DNA of 64,000 nt from Candidatus Blackburnbacteria bacterium. GTDB lineage: Bacteria; Patescibacteriota; Microgenomatia; UBA8517; UBA10165. How positions within the stretch are numbered: position 1 is the stretch's first letter; each line of letters begins with the position of its first letter. The translations under genes were made by a program, and so were the position numbers. Location of the stretch: the NCBI GenBank assembly GCA_016183565.1, contig JACPEJ010000001.1, positions 422,479 through 486,478 of the forward strand, written 5' to 3'. Shown here one piece after another: positions 9,577 through 18,825 of this stretch. The notes beneath the pieces are model-generated. The model was not told where the DNA came from, ran no database searches, and saw nothing but the letters and a program-made list of their open reading frames with translations.

Positions 9577-10655
9577 GAATAGCAATAGACGTATCACCTG
9601 TGGTTTATGAGACAGGTGTTTCGTACTATACCAAGAACCTCGTTAATGCTCTACTTCAATTAAATGAAGAGGATGAGTTTGTGTTATTTGGGGGTGCTCT
9701 TCGAAGGAAAGGCGAACTGGATAATTTTGTAAATTCTCTACGACAGAAGAATGTTAGAAAAAGAACTTTTTTTCTCCCTCCCAGTGCGCTATCTTTTGTT
9801 TGGAATGATTTGCACAAATTTCCAATTGAAAATTTTACTGGTAGTTTGAATGTGTTTCATTCTTCTGATTGGACACAGCCTCCAACGAGTGCTTACAAAG
9901 TAACAACAATTCATGATCTTGTTCCTTTAAGGTTCCCGGAAATTTCACATCCTAAAATTGTTGAAACGCATAAGAAAAGGCTTTCTTGGGTTGTGAAAGA
10001 AGTAGATAAAATTATCGCGGTTTCTACTTTTACAAAGGATGAGATAGTCGGGTTATTGGGTATAGAACCTAAGCGAATTGTGGTAATCCCGGAGGCAGCG
10101 GATCCGGGTCTGGTGCCAGTTTCAAGGGAACGTGTGCGAAGGGTAATTAAAAATTTGGGGCTTACGAGAGATTATTTGTTAGTGGTTGGTGCAGATCCAA
10201 GGAAGAATATTCCTGCTATTATCCAGGCCTTTGGGAAGATTAGAAAAGAAGCTGATTTGGATTTGGTTATTACGGGGAGGTTTTGGGAAGATGTTCCGAA
10301 AGAACCGGGAATTATTGCTCTTGGTCATATGCCCAGAGAAGATTTAAGGAGTCTTTATGCTGGAGCGCAAGCATTGGTTTACACATCGTTGTATGAGGGT
10401 TTTGGGTTGCCAATTCTTGAGGCGATGCAGTTGGGTTGTCCTGTTGTAACTTCTAATATATCTTCTATGCCGGAAGTTGCGGGAGAGGCAGCAGTGCTTG
10501 TTGACCCAACAAATCCGACAGTGATTGCAAGTGGTATTGAAAAAGTTTTGTCGGAAAGAGAAATTTGGATTGAAAAAGGATTAGGCCGCGCTAAAGAATT
10601 TTCATGGGAGAATACTGCGAAGTTGACGTTTAAGGTGTATAAGGAAGGTGTTTAG
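9573..10655 (+). CDS. Glycosyltransferase family 4
   Basis: 'EGFGLPILEAMQLGCPVVTS' signature. The ATGA start/stop overlaps the upstream gene. Confidence 0.8.
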   Translation: MRIAIDVSPVVYETGVSYYTKNLVNALLQLNEEDEFVLFGGALRRKGELDNFVNSLRQKNVRKRTFFLPPSALSFVWNDLHKFPIENFTGSLNVFHSSDWTQPPTSAYKVTTIHDLVPLRFPEISHPKIVETHKKRLSWVVKEVDKIIAVSTFTKDEIVGLLGIEPKRIVVIPEAADPGLVPVSRERVRRVIKNLGLTRDYLLVVGADPRKNIPAIIQAFGKIRKEADLDLVITGRFWEDVPKEPGIIALGHMPREDLRSLYAGAQALVYTSLYEGFGLPILEAMQLGCPVVTSNISSMPEVAGEAAVLVDPTNPTVIASGIEKVLSEREIWIEKGLGRAKEFSWENTAKLTFKVYKEGV

Positions 10656-10664
10656 AGTGTCATC

Positions 10665-11789
10665 ATGATTATTGGCATAGATGGTAACGAGGCAAATATA
10701 GAGAATCGTGTTGGTGTAAATCAATACGCCGCGGAGCTTTTGTGTGCTCTTGAGAGACTACCTGAGGCTCAAAAACACATGTGGATTGTTTATCTTACAG
10801 GTCCACCGCTTTCGCATTTGCCAAAGGAACGTGACGGATGGAAATATAAAGTTTTGCCGGGGGGTGGTTTTTGGGTGTTAAGAAAACTAACCCCTCATTT
10901 GTGGCTGGACAAGCCCCGACCGGATGTGTTTTTTGCACCCAGCCACTATGCGCCGCCGTTTTTACCGATGCCTCTGGTTGTGTCTATTATGGATCTTGGT
11001 TATCTAGAATTTCCTGAACAATTTAGGAAGTATGACTTTTATCAGTTGAAGTATTGGGGCGCTTGGTCAGTAAGAATTGCCAAGAGAGTTATTGCCATAT
11101 CGGAAGCAACTAAGAGGGATATTACCAAGCATTACCCTTGGGCCAAAGGTAAAGTTGATGTAACGTATTTGGGGTACGATAAAAATAAATTCAAAGCTCA
11201 AAAGTCAAAAGTCAAAATTGAGGAAGTCAGAAGAAAGTATGGGATAAGTGGTGATTACATTCTTTATTTGGGCACGTTAAAACCTAGTAAGAATATAGAA
11301 GGCTTGGTCGATGCGTTTGCACTCGTCACCCATCACTTATCACCTGTCACTCTTGTAATTGTTGGGAAAAAGGGCTGGCTTTATGATTCTATTTTTGAAA
11401 AGGTGCGGGAGTTGGGGTTAGAGCGGAAGGTGTTGTTTACAGACTTCGTTGGGGAGAAAGATAAATTGGCTTTGATATCGGGAAGCAAGGTTTTAGTAAG
11501 TCCGAGTTTTTGGGAGGGTTTTGGGCTGCATGCTCTTGAGGCGATGGCATGTGGTGTCCCTGTTGTGGTATCAAACATTGGGAGTTTTCCGGAAGTTGTT
11601 GGGGATGTAGGAATATTGGTTGATCCTGCTGATTCTGGTGACATAGCAAAAGGTATAGAAAAAGTGGTTTCAGCAAGTCGCAGTCAGTATGATGAAATGG
11701 TAAAAAAGAGTGTGGTGCAGGCAAAGAAATTTAGTTGGGAGAAAACAGCGCGTCAGACTATTGAAACTTTAGAAGCTGCTTCTGTTTAG
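10665..11789 (+). CDS. Glycosyltransferase family 4
   Basis: 'EGFGLHALEAMACGVPVVVS' signature. Confidence 0.8.
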   Translation: MIIGIDGNEANIENRVGVNQYAAELLCALERLPEAQKHMWIVYLTGPPLSHLPKERDGWKYKVLPGGGFWVLRKLTPHLWLDKPRPDVFFAPSHYAPPFLPMPLVVSIMDLGYLEFPEQFRKYDFYQLKYWGAWSVRIAKRVIAISEATKRDITKHYPWAKGKVDVTYLGYDKNKFKAQKSKVKIEEVRRKYGISGDYILYLGTLKPSKNIEGLVDAFALVTHHLSPVTLVIVGKKGWLYDSIFEKVRELGLERKVLFTDFVGEKDKLALISGSKVLVSPSFWEGFGLHALEAMACGVPVVVSNIGSFPEVVGDVGILVDPADSGDIAKGIEKVVSASRSQYDEMVKKSVVQAKKFSWEKTARQTIETLEAASV

Positions 11790-11818
11790 AACCTTTGGGA
11801 AAATTGGTATACTAAGAC

Positions 11819-12421
11819 ATGAGTCTTTTCCGTGATCGAATGGGTCGGTCGCTGACCATTGCTCATGCAGCTAGGAAAATTTTGAGCAGATTGTACAGTT
11901 ACCTTGGCGATTTTGGTCTTTTCTGGGTGAATCTTTCTTCGTTTGTTCCTTTCCACCATTTTCGTCGTTTTGTTTATCGTGTTGCTGGTGCGAAGATAGG
12001 TAGAGGTACGAGTATCCATATGGGTGGTAGGTTCTTCTCGCTAAAGAATCTGAGTATAGGAGAAGACACTATAGTAGGCGACTGTGCTTTTTTGGATGGT
12101 CGGGCGCTGTTGAAGATAGGCAATCATGTTGATATTGCTTCGCAGGTTCTTATTTATAATTCAGAGCACGATGTGCACTCGGAAGATTTTCGACCTGTTC
12201 TTGCTTCGGTTGAAATTGGGGACTATGTTTTTATCGGTCCACGGGTAGTTATTTTGCCGGGAGTTAAAATTGGCAAAGGTGCAGTTGTTGCTGCTGGTGC
12301 TGTGGTAACTCGCGATGTTCCTGATTTTGCAATCGTTGGCGGAGTACCTGCAAAGATAATTGGAGAACGTGAACTTAAGGATCCGAAGTATAGACTGGGT
12401 AGGGCGAGGTGGTTTCAGTAA
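11819..12421 (+). CDS. Hexapeptide-repeat (left-handed beta-helix) O-acetyltransferase, WcaF/MaaA-like
   Basis: Repeated [LIV]-G-x-x-x-x hexapeptides, e.g. 'IGDYVFIGPRVVILPGVKIGKGAVVAAGAVV'. Confidence 0.75.
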   Translation: MSLFRDRMGRSLTIAHAARKILSRLYSYLGDFGLFWVNLSSFVPFHHFRRFVYRVAGAKIGRGTSIHMGGRFFSLKNLSIGEDTIVGDCAFLDGRALLKIGNHVDIASQVLIYNSEHDVHSEDFRPVLASVEIGDYVFIGPRVVILPGVKIGKGAVVAAGAVVTRDVPDFAIVGGVPAKIIGERELKDPKYRLGRARWFQ

Positions 12422-12428
12422 CTGTTGT

Positions 12429-12989
12429 ATGAGATCTTTTTTTATGGTTTTTAGCCGTGTGTGTGCTGGGATATTGATATTTGCATCTTTTGTGTATTTA
12501 GTTGTACCTTCACCGTCTTTCCCACAACAGCCTCCGGATTCTGTTCAGTCAATTGAAACGGGTGATAGTGAAGTGACTCAGGTACGGAGAGCATATTTTA
12601 CGAATTATAGTCGGGCGCAAGCATTACAATACTACCAGGATAAAATACGAACTGGAATTTTACCGGTTCCAACATATAGGCTTAATTATCCACCTGAAGA
12701 TGCACAGATGATGATTCGTGACCAAACTCGAAGTACCTTTTTGGAGGAGATTGTGCATCCGTTTAGAGAGTCTGTTTTTGTTAATGGATTTGAACCAAAA
12801 GTGGCTAAAGATGCGATAAATTACAGAGGTATTCCTTATAGGCAAAAGATAACTATAAAATATAATTCCTCGTCGATTTTTTTAAGGATTCCGATTATTT
12901 TATTAGCTGTGGTTCTATTTTTAGTAATCAGTCGTGAGATTTTTAGAACTACTATGAGGCTTATTCAAGGGTGTTTTTGTAGATATTAG
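12429..12989 (+). CDS. Hypothetical membrane protein
   Basis: An N-terminal TM and a C-terminal TM flank a soluble domain. Start trimmed to the ATG after the upstream stop. Confidence 0.4.
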   Translation: MRSFFMVFSRVCAGILIFASFVYLVVPSPSFPQQPPDSVQSIETGDSEVTQVRRAYFTNYSRAQALQYYQDKIRTGILPVPTYRLNYPPEDAQMMIRDQTRSTFLEEIVHPFRESVFVNGFEPKVAKDAINYRGIPYRQKITIKYNSSSIFLRIPIILLAVVLFLVISREIFRTTMRLIQGCFCRY

Positions 12990-12993
12990 GAAC

Positions 12994-13905
12994 ATGCAAG
13001 AAATTGATTTGTCAGTTATTGTTTTAAATTTTAATACCAAACGTATAACTGTTGACTGTTTAACGTCTATTTTTAAATATACAAAAGGCATTAGTTATGA
13101 GGTGATAGTGGTAGATAATGCGTCGACAGATGGATCGGGCCGCATGTTGCGGAATTTTCAATTTTTAATTTCCAATTTTCAATTAATAAGAAATAGAAAG
13201 AACTTGGGGTTTGCAGCGGGAAATAATGTTGGGATTAAGAAAGCTCGAGGAAGATATGTTCTGCTTCTTAACTCCGATACCTACCTTAGCGGAAACTCTC
13301 TCAAAGAGATGGTTGAATTTATGGATGAGCACCCGGATGTTGGTGTATCTAGTTGCCGTCTGGCTAATCCTGATGGGACAACTCAAGCAACAGGTGGTTT
13401 TTTCCCTACTTTGCCAAGGGTTTTTGCTTGGATGTTTTTTCTTGACGATATACCATTAATATCCAGTCTTTTAAAACCCGTGCATCCATATTCAAAGAGT
13501 GGATTTTATGACAAGGATCACGAACAGGATTGGATTACAGGCGCCTTTTTTATGATACGAGATAAGGTTATCGATCAAATTGGGCTGTTGGATGAGGATT
13601 ATTTTATGTATATGGAGGATGTTGATTACTGTTACCGTGTGAGGCAAAAAAGCTGGAGGGTGTTTTATACAACAAGAACTAAAATTACGCATATTGGTGG
13701 GGCTTCAGGCGGATCGGAAAACACAATCATAAGTGAGTTGAAAAATCTTAAACTGTTTTATAAGAAGCACTATCCTCATTGGCAGGGGGCGATTCTTTCG
13801 GTGTTGATGAAGGTGGGTGTATTTTTGCGCGCAGTCTTTTTTGGTGTTTTGCTCGGCAGGCGTAACCATTTAAAAATCTATGCGAAAGCTTTTGCAATAC
13901 TTTAA
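12994..13905 (+). CDS. Glycosyltransferase family 2
   Basis: 'LSVIVLNFN...YEVIVVDNASTDGS' and 'DEDYFMYMEDVDYCYR' motifs. Confidence 0.85.
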   Translation: MQEIDLSVIVLNFNTKRITVDCLTSIFKYTKGISYEVIVVDNASTDGSGRMLRNFQFLISNFQLIRNRKNLGFAAGNNVGIKKARGRYVLLLNSDTYLSGNSLKEMVEFMDEHPDVGVSSCRLANPDGTTQATGGFFPTLPRVFAWMFFLDDIPLISSLLKPVHPYSKSGFYDKDHEQDWITGAFFMIRDKVIDQIGLLDEDYFMYMEDVDYCYRVRQKSWRVFYTTRTKITHIGGASGGSENTIISELKNLKLFYKKHYPHWQGAILSVLMKVGVFLRAVFFGVLLGRRNHLKIYAKAFAIL

Positions 13906-15241
13906 TCAAACAAACATACTTAAATACGGTCTGGCGGCTATTTTGCTTGCTATACCAATTTATCCTAAATTTCCACTTTTTAACATCCCAGGGACGTATG
14001 TTGCTGTGCGGGCGGAGGATTTTTTGATATTCAGCCTTGGGTTTTATTGGCTCACTTCTGTGTTTCGCTTTTGTTCAAAGAAGATGTTTAGAGATGAACT
14101 TGTACAGGCTATGCTTTTGTTTTTTGCTGTGGGTTTGCTTTCTATCGTAAGTGCTATTTTTTTAACACATAGTGTCAAGCCGCATCTTGGGTTTTTTCAC
14201 TGGTTTAGGAGGGTGGAGTATATTTTGCCTTTTTTTATTTCTCTTTCTGCGGTATGGGTTCTAAAGCGGGTTAAGTTTTTTGGTGAGACATTATTTGCTG
14301 GTTCCTTGTTTGTTTTTATTTATGGTTTAGGACAAATTTATTTGCATTGGCCTGTTATTTCCACCCAAAATCAGGAGTATGCGAAGGGATTGGCCTTGCG
14401 TTGGATTCCTGGTGCAAGGCTCCACTCAACTTTTGGAGGGCATTATGACTTGGCTGCTTTTTTAGTGTTGCTTCTTCCTCTTGCTGTTGCGTTCTTTTTT
14501 AACTACAAGAAGTGGTCACGCAAGCTCCTCTTGTTTGTTTTTTCTATAGTCCCTTCCTTTTGGTTGCTTTTGAAAACTGAATCTCGTGTATCTTTTATAG
14601 CTGTTTTGGTGGGTGTGTCTTTGACTTTGTGGTTTTTGAAGAAAAAGATTTTTATCGCACCTGTGTTAATAATAAGTGTAGGTGTGGCTCTTTTGTTTAC
14701 AGGTTTGGGAGATCGATATAAGTATAGTTTTGAGACCTATTGGCGGAAAATCAATAGTGTTCCGAAGATCAACTTGGTTGTAAAAAGTGCTTGGGCTCAG
14801 ACTGGGGAACTAAGGAAAAAGGAAGATGCGGTTCCAGTGCCGCTAGAGGATCGGTCTACTTCGATAAGGCTTAATATGGAGTGGCCGCGGGCAATTCGAG
14901 CTTTTTTGAAAAATCCACTTTTGGGGACTGGTTATTCTTCTATAACACTGGCAACTGATAATGACTATCTGAGGTTGTTGGGAGAGGTTGGTTTGGTGGG
15001 TAGTCTGGCTTTCTTTCTTGTAATTTTGCGTCTTTTCCATAGACTTTGTTGGTTTTTCCGGACAAAGATCGGTGGTCTTGACCGGGCTTTTGTTGCTGGT
15101 TTTCTTGGGGGTTTTGCGGGGATTTTAATTAATGCAATTTTTATTGATGTTTTTGAGGCATCAAAAGTTGCTATAATCTTTTGGACACTGGCTGGTATTG
15201 CTGTTGGTATTGTCGATGTGAAGGAAGCGAAAAATGGGTAA
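13880..15241 (+). CDS. O-antigen ligase / polymerase-like membrane protein (Wzy_C family)
   Basis: 453 aa with about 12 TM segments and a large loop near the C-terminus, in glycan-locus context. Confidence 0.6.
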   Translation: MRKLLQYFNQTNILKYGLAAILLAIPIYPKFPLFNIPGTYVAVRAEDFLIFSLGFYWLTSVFRFCSKKMFRDELVQAMLLFFAVGLLSIVSAIFLTHSVKPHLGFFHWFRRVEYILPFFISLSAVWVLKRVKFFGETLFAGSLFVFIYGLGQIYLHWPVISTQNQEYAKGLALRWIPGARLHSTFGGHYDLAAFLVLLLPLAVAFFFNYKKWSRKLLLFVFSIVPSFWLLLKTESRVSFIAVLVGVSLTLWFLKKKIFIAPVLIISVGVALLFTGLGDRYKYSFETYWRKINSVPKINLVVKSAWAQTGELRKKEDAVPVPLEDRSTSIRLNMEWPRAIRAFLKNPLLGTGYSSITLATDNDYLRLLGEVGLVGSLAFFLVILRLFHRLCWFFRTKIGGLDRAFVAGFLGGFAGILINAIFIDVFEASKVAIIFWTLAGIAVGIVDVKEAKNG

Positions 15242-16715
15242 AGTTCAATATGTACTTCTTATTTTAATCCTACTTGGTGGTTTTGCGATGCGTCTTTATA
15301 GGATTGATAACCCGGTTGCGGATTGGCATTCTTGGAGACAGGCGGATACTGCTTCGGTCACTAGGATTTATGTCCAAGAGGGGATTAACTTGTTGCGGCC
15401 CCGTTACCATGATATTTCAAACATCGCAAGTGGGTACGACAATCCTAATGGTTGGAGGTTTGTAGAGTTTCCAGTTTTTAATGCGGTTCATGCGCTTTTG
15501 TACAAAGCCTATCCAGTGTTTTCACTAGAAAAGTGGGGGAGATTAACTGCGGTATCGGCTTCTCTTGTCTCAGCTGTTTTTGTGTTTTTGATAGGAAAGA
15601 GATTTTTGGGGGTTCAGGGAGGTCTGTTGTCAGCTTTCTTTTTTACAGCTTTCCCTTTTAATGTTTATTTCTCAAGAGTAATTTTGCCTGAGCCATTTGC
15701 TGTGCTCTTTGTGGTAGCTGCTCTTTGGTTTTTTATTTATTGGCTCGATCCTCCTTCGTCCCGACGTCACGTCGGGACTTCGGAAGGACAAGTCTTGCCA
15801 GTATCGTGGTCACTTTTACTTTCTGGGGTGTTCTTTGCCTTGGCTCTTTTAATTAAGCCCTACATAGGTTTTTACGTTATTCCTATGCTTTATCTTGCCG
15901 TTTCTAGGTTTGGATTTGTTGGTGCGTTGACTAACACTGGATTGTGGATTTTTCTATCCTTATCTCTATCACCTTTTTTTTTCTGGCGCGGATGGATGTG
16001 GAACGAAGACTTTTTGCGTGGTATCCCGCATTGGAAATGGGCATTTAATGGGGATGATATTCGTTTTAAGCCTTCTTTTTGGTGGTGGATTGTTGCTGAG
16101 AGATTGGGGAGATTAATCTTGGGGATATGGGGGACAATCTTTTTAGTGGTAGGGCTTTTAAATAAAGGAAAGGGTAAGTTCCCTTGGTTTTTGCATATAC
16201 TTTTGGTGAGTCAATTTGCTTATGCCGCGACTGTAGCAACTGCGAGCGTACGCCATGATTATTATCAGACTTTGATGATTCCTGCAATTTCGCTTGTTGT
16301 TGCGGCGGGGGCAATAAAACTGTGGAATCTTGAGTCTTTTGATAAATCTTTGCGCCGAGCCGCTACTTTAGCCATTACCGCTTTGCTACTCTTTTTTTCC
16401 TTTTATCAAATTCGGGAGTTTTACAAAATCAATCATCCGGAAATAGTTAGGACAGGTGTAATAGTAGATCAGAAGTTGCCGAAAGAGGCGCTTGTTATTG
16501 CACCTTATAATGGAGATACTGCTTTTCTATATCAAACGAAACGGCGTGGTTGGCCTTATATAACGTATCCTTTGCATGAGATGGTTGAAAGATGGGGAGC
16601 TCAATATTATGTATCGGTTAATTACGATGCTCAGACGAAACAGGTTATGAACGAGTATACAGTGATAGATTCTACTCCTGAGTATGTGATAATTGATCTT
16701 ACTCAAAAGAAATGA
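15234..16715 (+). CDS. GT-C membrane glycosyltransferase (GT39-like)
   Basis: The N-terminal 'WHSWRQADTA' loop motif followed by many TM helices is typical of ArnT-like GT-C enzymes. Confidence 0.65.
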   Translation: MGKVQYVLLILILLGGFAMRLYRIDNPVADWHSWRQADTASVTRIYVQEGINLLRPRYHDISNIASGYDNPNGWRFVEFPVFNAVHALLYKAYPVFSLEKWGRLTAVSASLVSAVFVFLIGKRFLGVQGGLLSAFFFTAFPFNVYFSRVILPEPFAVLFVVAALWFFIYWLDPPSSRRHVGTSEGQVLPVSWSLLLSGVFFALALLIKPYIGFYVIPMLYLAVSRFGFVGALTNTGLWIFLSLSLSPFFFWRGWMWNEDFLRGIPHWKWAFNGDDIRFKPSFWWWIVAERLGRLILGIWGTIFLVVGLLNKGKGKFPWFLHILLVSQFAYAATVATASVRHDYYQTLMIPAISLVVAAGAIKLWNLESFDKSLRRAATLAITALLLFFSFYQIREFYKINHPEIVRTGVIVDQKLPKEALVIAPYNGDTAFLYQTKRRGWPYITYPLHEMVERWGAQYYVSVNYDAQTKQVMNEYTVIDSTPEYVIIDLTQKK

Positions 16716-17908
16716 ACGTATTAATGCTTACTCCGTATCTTCCTTATCCCCCTTCGTCTGGAGGACAGATCCGCTCTTATAATTTAATTAAGCAACTATC
16801 AAAAAAGCACAAGATAACTCTTTATTCTTTGATCAAACATGATGAAGAAAGAAGGTATATAGGGGAACTCGAGAAGCATTGTGTGAAGGTCAAGGTTTTT
16901 AAAAGACCAGCTAAACCATGGACATTTCAAAATATCTTAAAGACTGGTACAGGGCCTTATCCTTTTCTTATGATTCGGAATTTTTCACCTGAGGAAAAGA
17001 GGGATTTGTCTCGGGTGTTAAGGAAAGAAAAGTTTGATATTATTCATGCCGAAACGTTTTACGTAAGCCTTCATATTCCGAAAAACCAAATTCCGATTGT
17101 TTTGGTTGATCAAACAATAGAGTATGAGGTTTATCAGCACTTTGTTGAGAATTTTAAGTGGCCACTCCTTAAGCCCTTGTTGATGATTGATGTTTGGAAG
17201 ATTAAATTTTGGGAGACTTATTATTGGAAAAGGGCAACTGGGGTGATTGCGCTGTCGGAAAGGGATGCGCAATCTATGAAGAAGTTGGTTTCAGGGCTGA
17301 GGGTTTCGGTTGTACCAAATGGTGTAGGAGAAGATTTGATGAGGGATGTTCCTTTGCATTTTTGCAAAACAATTATTTTTGTTGGTAATTATGCTTGGTT
17401 ACAGAATGTTGAAGCTGTTGAGATTTTGGTTAAAGAGATTTATCCTCGGGTTGTGAAGGTAGTAAAAGATGTTAAATTGCTAATAGTTGGGCAGAATACT
17501 GATAAGATACCAGTGATTAATTCGCCTGGTATTGAGGTAGTAGACTTAAAAATTGAAGATGTTGCGGGTGTGCAGAAGGCGTATCACGAAGGAGGGATTA
17601 TGGTTGCGCCGCTTTATGGTCCAAGTGGAGCGAGGTTGAAGATTGTTGGCGCGATGGCTGCGAAGGTACCAGTTGTGACTACTTCTATAGGGATATTGGG
17701 TATAGATGCCACAGACAGAGAGGACGTTTTGTTGTCGGATACTTACGAGGGGATTTCGAAAAAAGCGATAAAACTGTTGACGGATGTGGGACTTTATCGA
17801 AAAATTGCTTTAAATGCTAGGAAGTTGGTAGAGAAGAAGTATACATATGAGGTAATTGCTGAGAAACTTGATGCGGTATATAAGGATGCTACACATGGTA
17901 AAAGTTGA
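16712..17908 (+). CDS. Glycosyltransferase family 4
   Basis: 'MNVLMLTPYLPYPPSSGGQIRSYNL' is a GT4 N-terminal Rossmann motif, and the fold is GT-B-like. Confidence 0.75.
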   Translation: MNVLMLTPYLPYPPSSGGQIRSYNLIKQLSKKHKITLYSLIKHDEERRYIGELEKHCVKVKVFKRPAKPWTFQNILKTGTGPYPFLMIRNFSPEEKRDLSRVLRKEKFDIIHAETFYVSLHIPKNQIPIVLVDQTIEYEVYQHFVENFKWPLLKPLLMIDVWKIKFWETYYWKRATGVIALSERDAQSMKKLVSGLRVSVVPNGVGEDLMRDVPLHFCKTIIFVGNYAWLQNVEAVEILVKEIYPRVVKVVKDVKLLIVGQNTDKIPVINSPGIEVVDLKIEDVAGVQKAYHEGGIMVAPLYGPSGARLKIVGAMAAKVPVVTTSIGILGIDATDREDVLLSDTYEGISKKAIKLLTDVGLYRKIALNARKLVEKKYTYEVIAEKLDAVYKDATHGKS

Positions 17909-18824
17909 CTTAAGCATAGTTATATTAAATTACAATTCTGAAGATTTTCTTGTGGGATGTATTCAGTCAATCCGGGAGGCGGACATGAAGGGTATTGTAT
18001 ACGAAATTATCGTGGTTGATAATGCATCGACAGATGGATCGCTGGAAGAAATACGAAGCACTAAATTCGAAATCCGAAACAAATTCAAAATTCAAATTAT
18101 CCAAAATGAAGAAAACTTGGGGTTTGCAAAGGGGAATAATGTTGGTGTGAATAAAGCTTCTGGGAGGTATGTTTTATTTTTGAATCCAGATACTGTTGTT
18201 TCGAAAGATGCAATTAAAACAGTTTTTAAGTTTATGGAAGATAATTCTGATGTTGGAGTTGCAACAGCGCGGTTGGAATTAGCAGATGGGAAGTTGGATG
18301 AATCATCGCACAGAGGGTTTCCCACTCCATGGAATGCATTTTCTTATTTTTCAGGTCTTGAACATTTGTTTCCAAGAAATAAATTGTTTGCTGGCTATAC
18401 ACAAGGTTGGTTAATTGGTAAAAAGGCACCGCATGAGGTGGATTCGATAGGAGGAGCCTTTTTCTTTGTGAGAAGAAAAGCAGCAGAGGAGGTTGGATGG
18501 TGGGATGAAGATTATCTTTGGTATGGAGAAGATATTGATTTCTCTTATAAACTCAAAAAGATGGGGTGGAAAGTTGTATTTATTCCTCAGGTTAAGGTTC
18601 TGCATTATCGAGGAGTTTCATCTGGTATTAAAAAGCACAGTAGGGGTATTTCGACTGCGAGCAAGGAAACTAAAATACTTGCTGCGCGGGCATCAACTCA
18701 AGCTATGCGAATTTTTTACAACAAACACTATGTGGGTGCTTATCCTAGGCCACTTACGTGGTTTGTGTTACAGGGTATAAGGATCCTTGAGCAGGTGAGA
18801 TTGGTTAAGGTGAAATTTTTTTAG
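17895..18824 (+). CDS. Glycosyltransferase family 2
   Basis: 'LSIVILNYNSEDFLVGCIQS...YEIIVVDNASTDGS' and 'DEDYLWYGEDIDFSYK' motifs. Confidence 0.85.
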   Translation: MVKVDLSIVILNYNSEDFLVGCIQSIREADMKGIVYEIIVVDNASTDGSLEEIRSTKFEIRNKFKIQIIQNEENLGFAKGNNVGVNKASGRYVLFLNPDTVVSKDAIKTVFKFMEDNSDVGVATARLELADGKLDESSHRGFPTPWNAFSYFSGLEHLFPRNKLFAGYTQGWLIGKKAPHEVDSIGGAFFFVRRKAAEEVGWWDEDYLWYGEDIDFSYKLKKMGWKVVFIPQVKVLHYRGVSSGIKKHSRGISTASKETKILAARASTQAMRIFYNKHYVGAYPRPLTWFVLQGIRILEQVRLVKVKFF

Positions 18825-18825
18825 A

